A stretch of DNA of 35,997 bases. Source: a virus (taxonomy: Duplodnaviria > Caudoviricetes). Location: positions 1-35,997 of IMG/VR virus record IMGVR_UViG_3300025018_000324; one strand, given 5' to 3'. Positions 35,996-35,997 of the stretch are shown in pieces; positions within the stretch are counted from its first letter, which is position 1; each line of letters starts with the position of its first letter. The notes beneath the pieces were generated by a model. The model saw only the letters and a program-made list of their open reading frames with translations. It was not told the origin of the DNA and made no database searches. Position numbers and translations under genes: made by a program.

Positions 35996-35997
35996 CG

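Overview
The window looks like a near-complete, high-GC tailed phage genome with podovirus-like morphogenesis genes, probably circularly permuted: a repeat-protein gene appears to run off both ends. Left arm (minus strand, 1-8586): DHH-like phosphoesterase, coiled-coil protein, RusA-like resolvase, LexA-type HTH, DnaB helicase, wHTH replication-initiator candidate, RecT-like and RecE/ExoVIII-like proteins. A ~1.1 kb divergent control region (8590-9680) holds a promoter candidate, four related 29-bp semi-palindromes, inverted 12-bp tandem arrays and a ~470-bp bacterial-looking two-gene junction fragment. Right arm (plus strand, 9681-33937): GH71/GH99-like hydrolase, TerS, TerL, portal, scaffold, major capsid, cement, adaptor, an apparently split tail nozzle gene, ejection proteins including a 1637-aa LPD38-type protein, and a membrane/lysis cluster. 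I recognised no integrase, DNA polymerase, primase, endolysin, tRNA or CRISPR array. Top leads: (1) the host-like fragment between inverted sites in an integrase-less, RecET-encoding phage; (2) an NrN-like DHH enzyme as a candidate anti-defence protein; (3) the split nozzle gene. All family calls come from reading motifs by eye, not from database searches.
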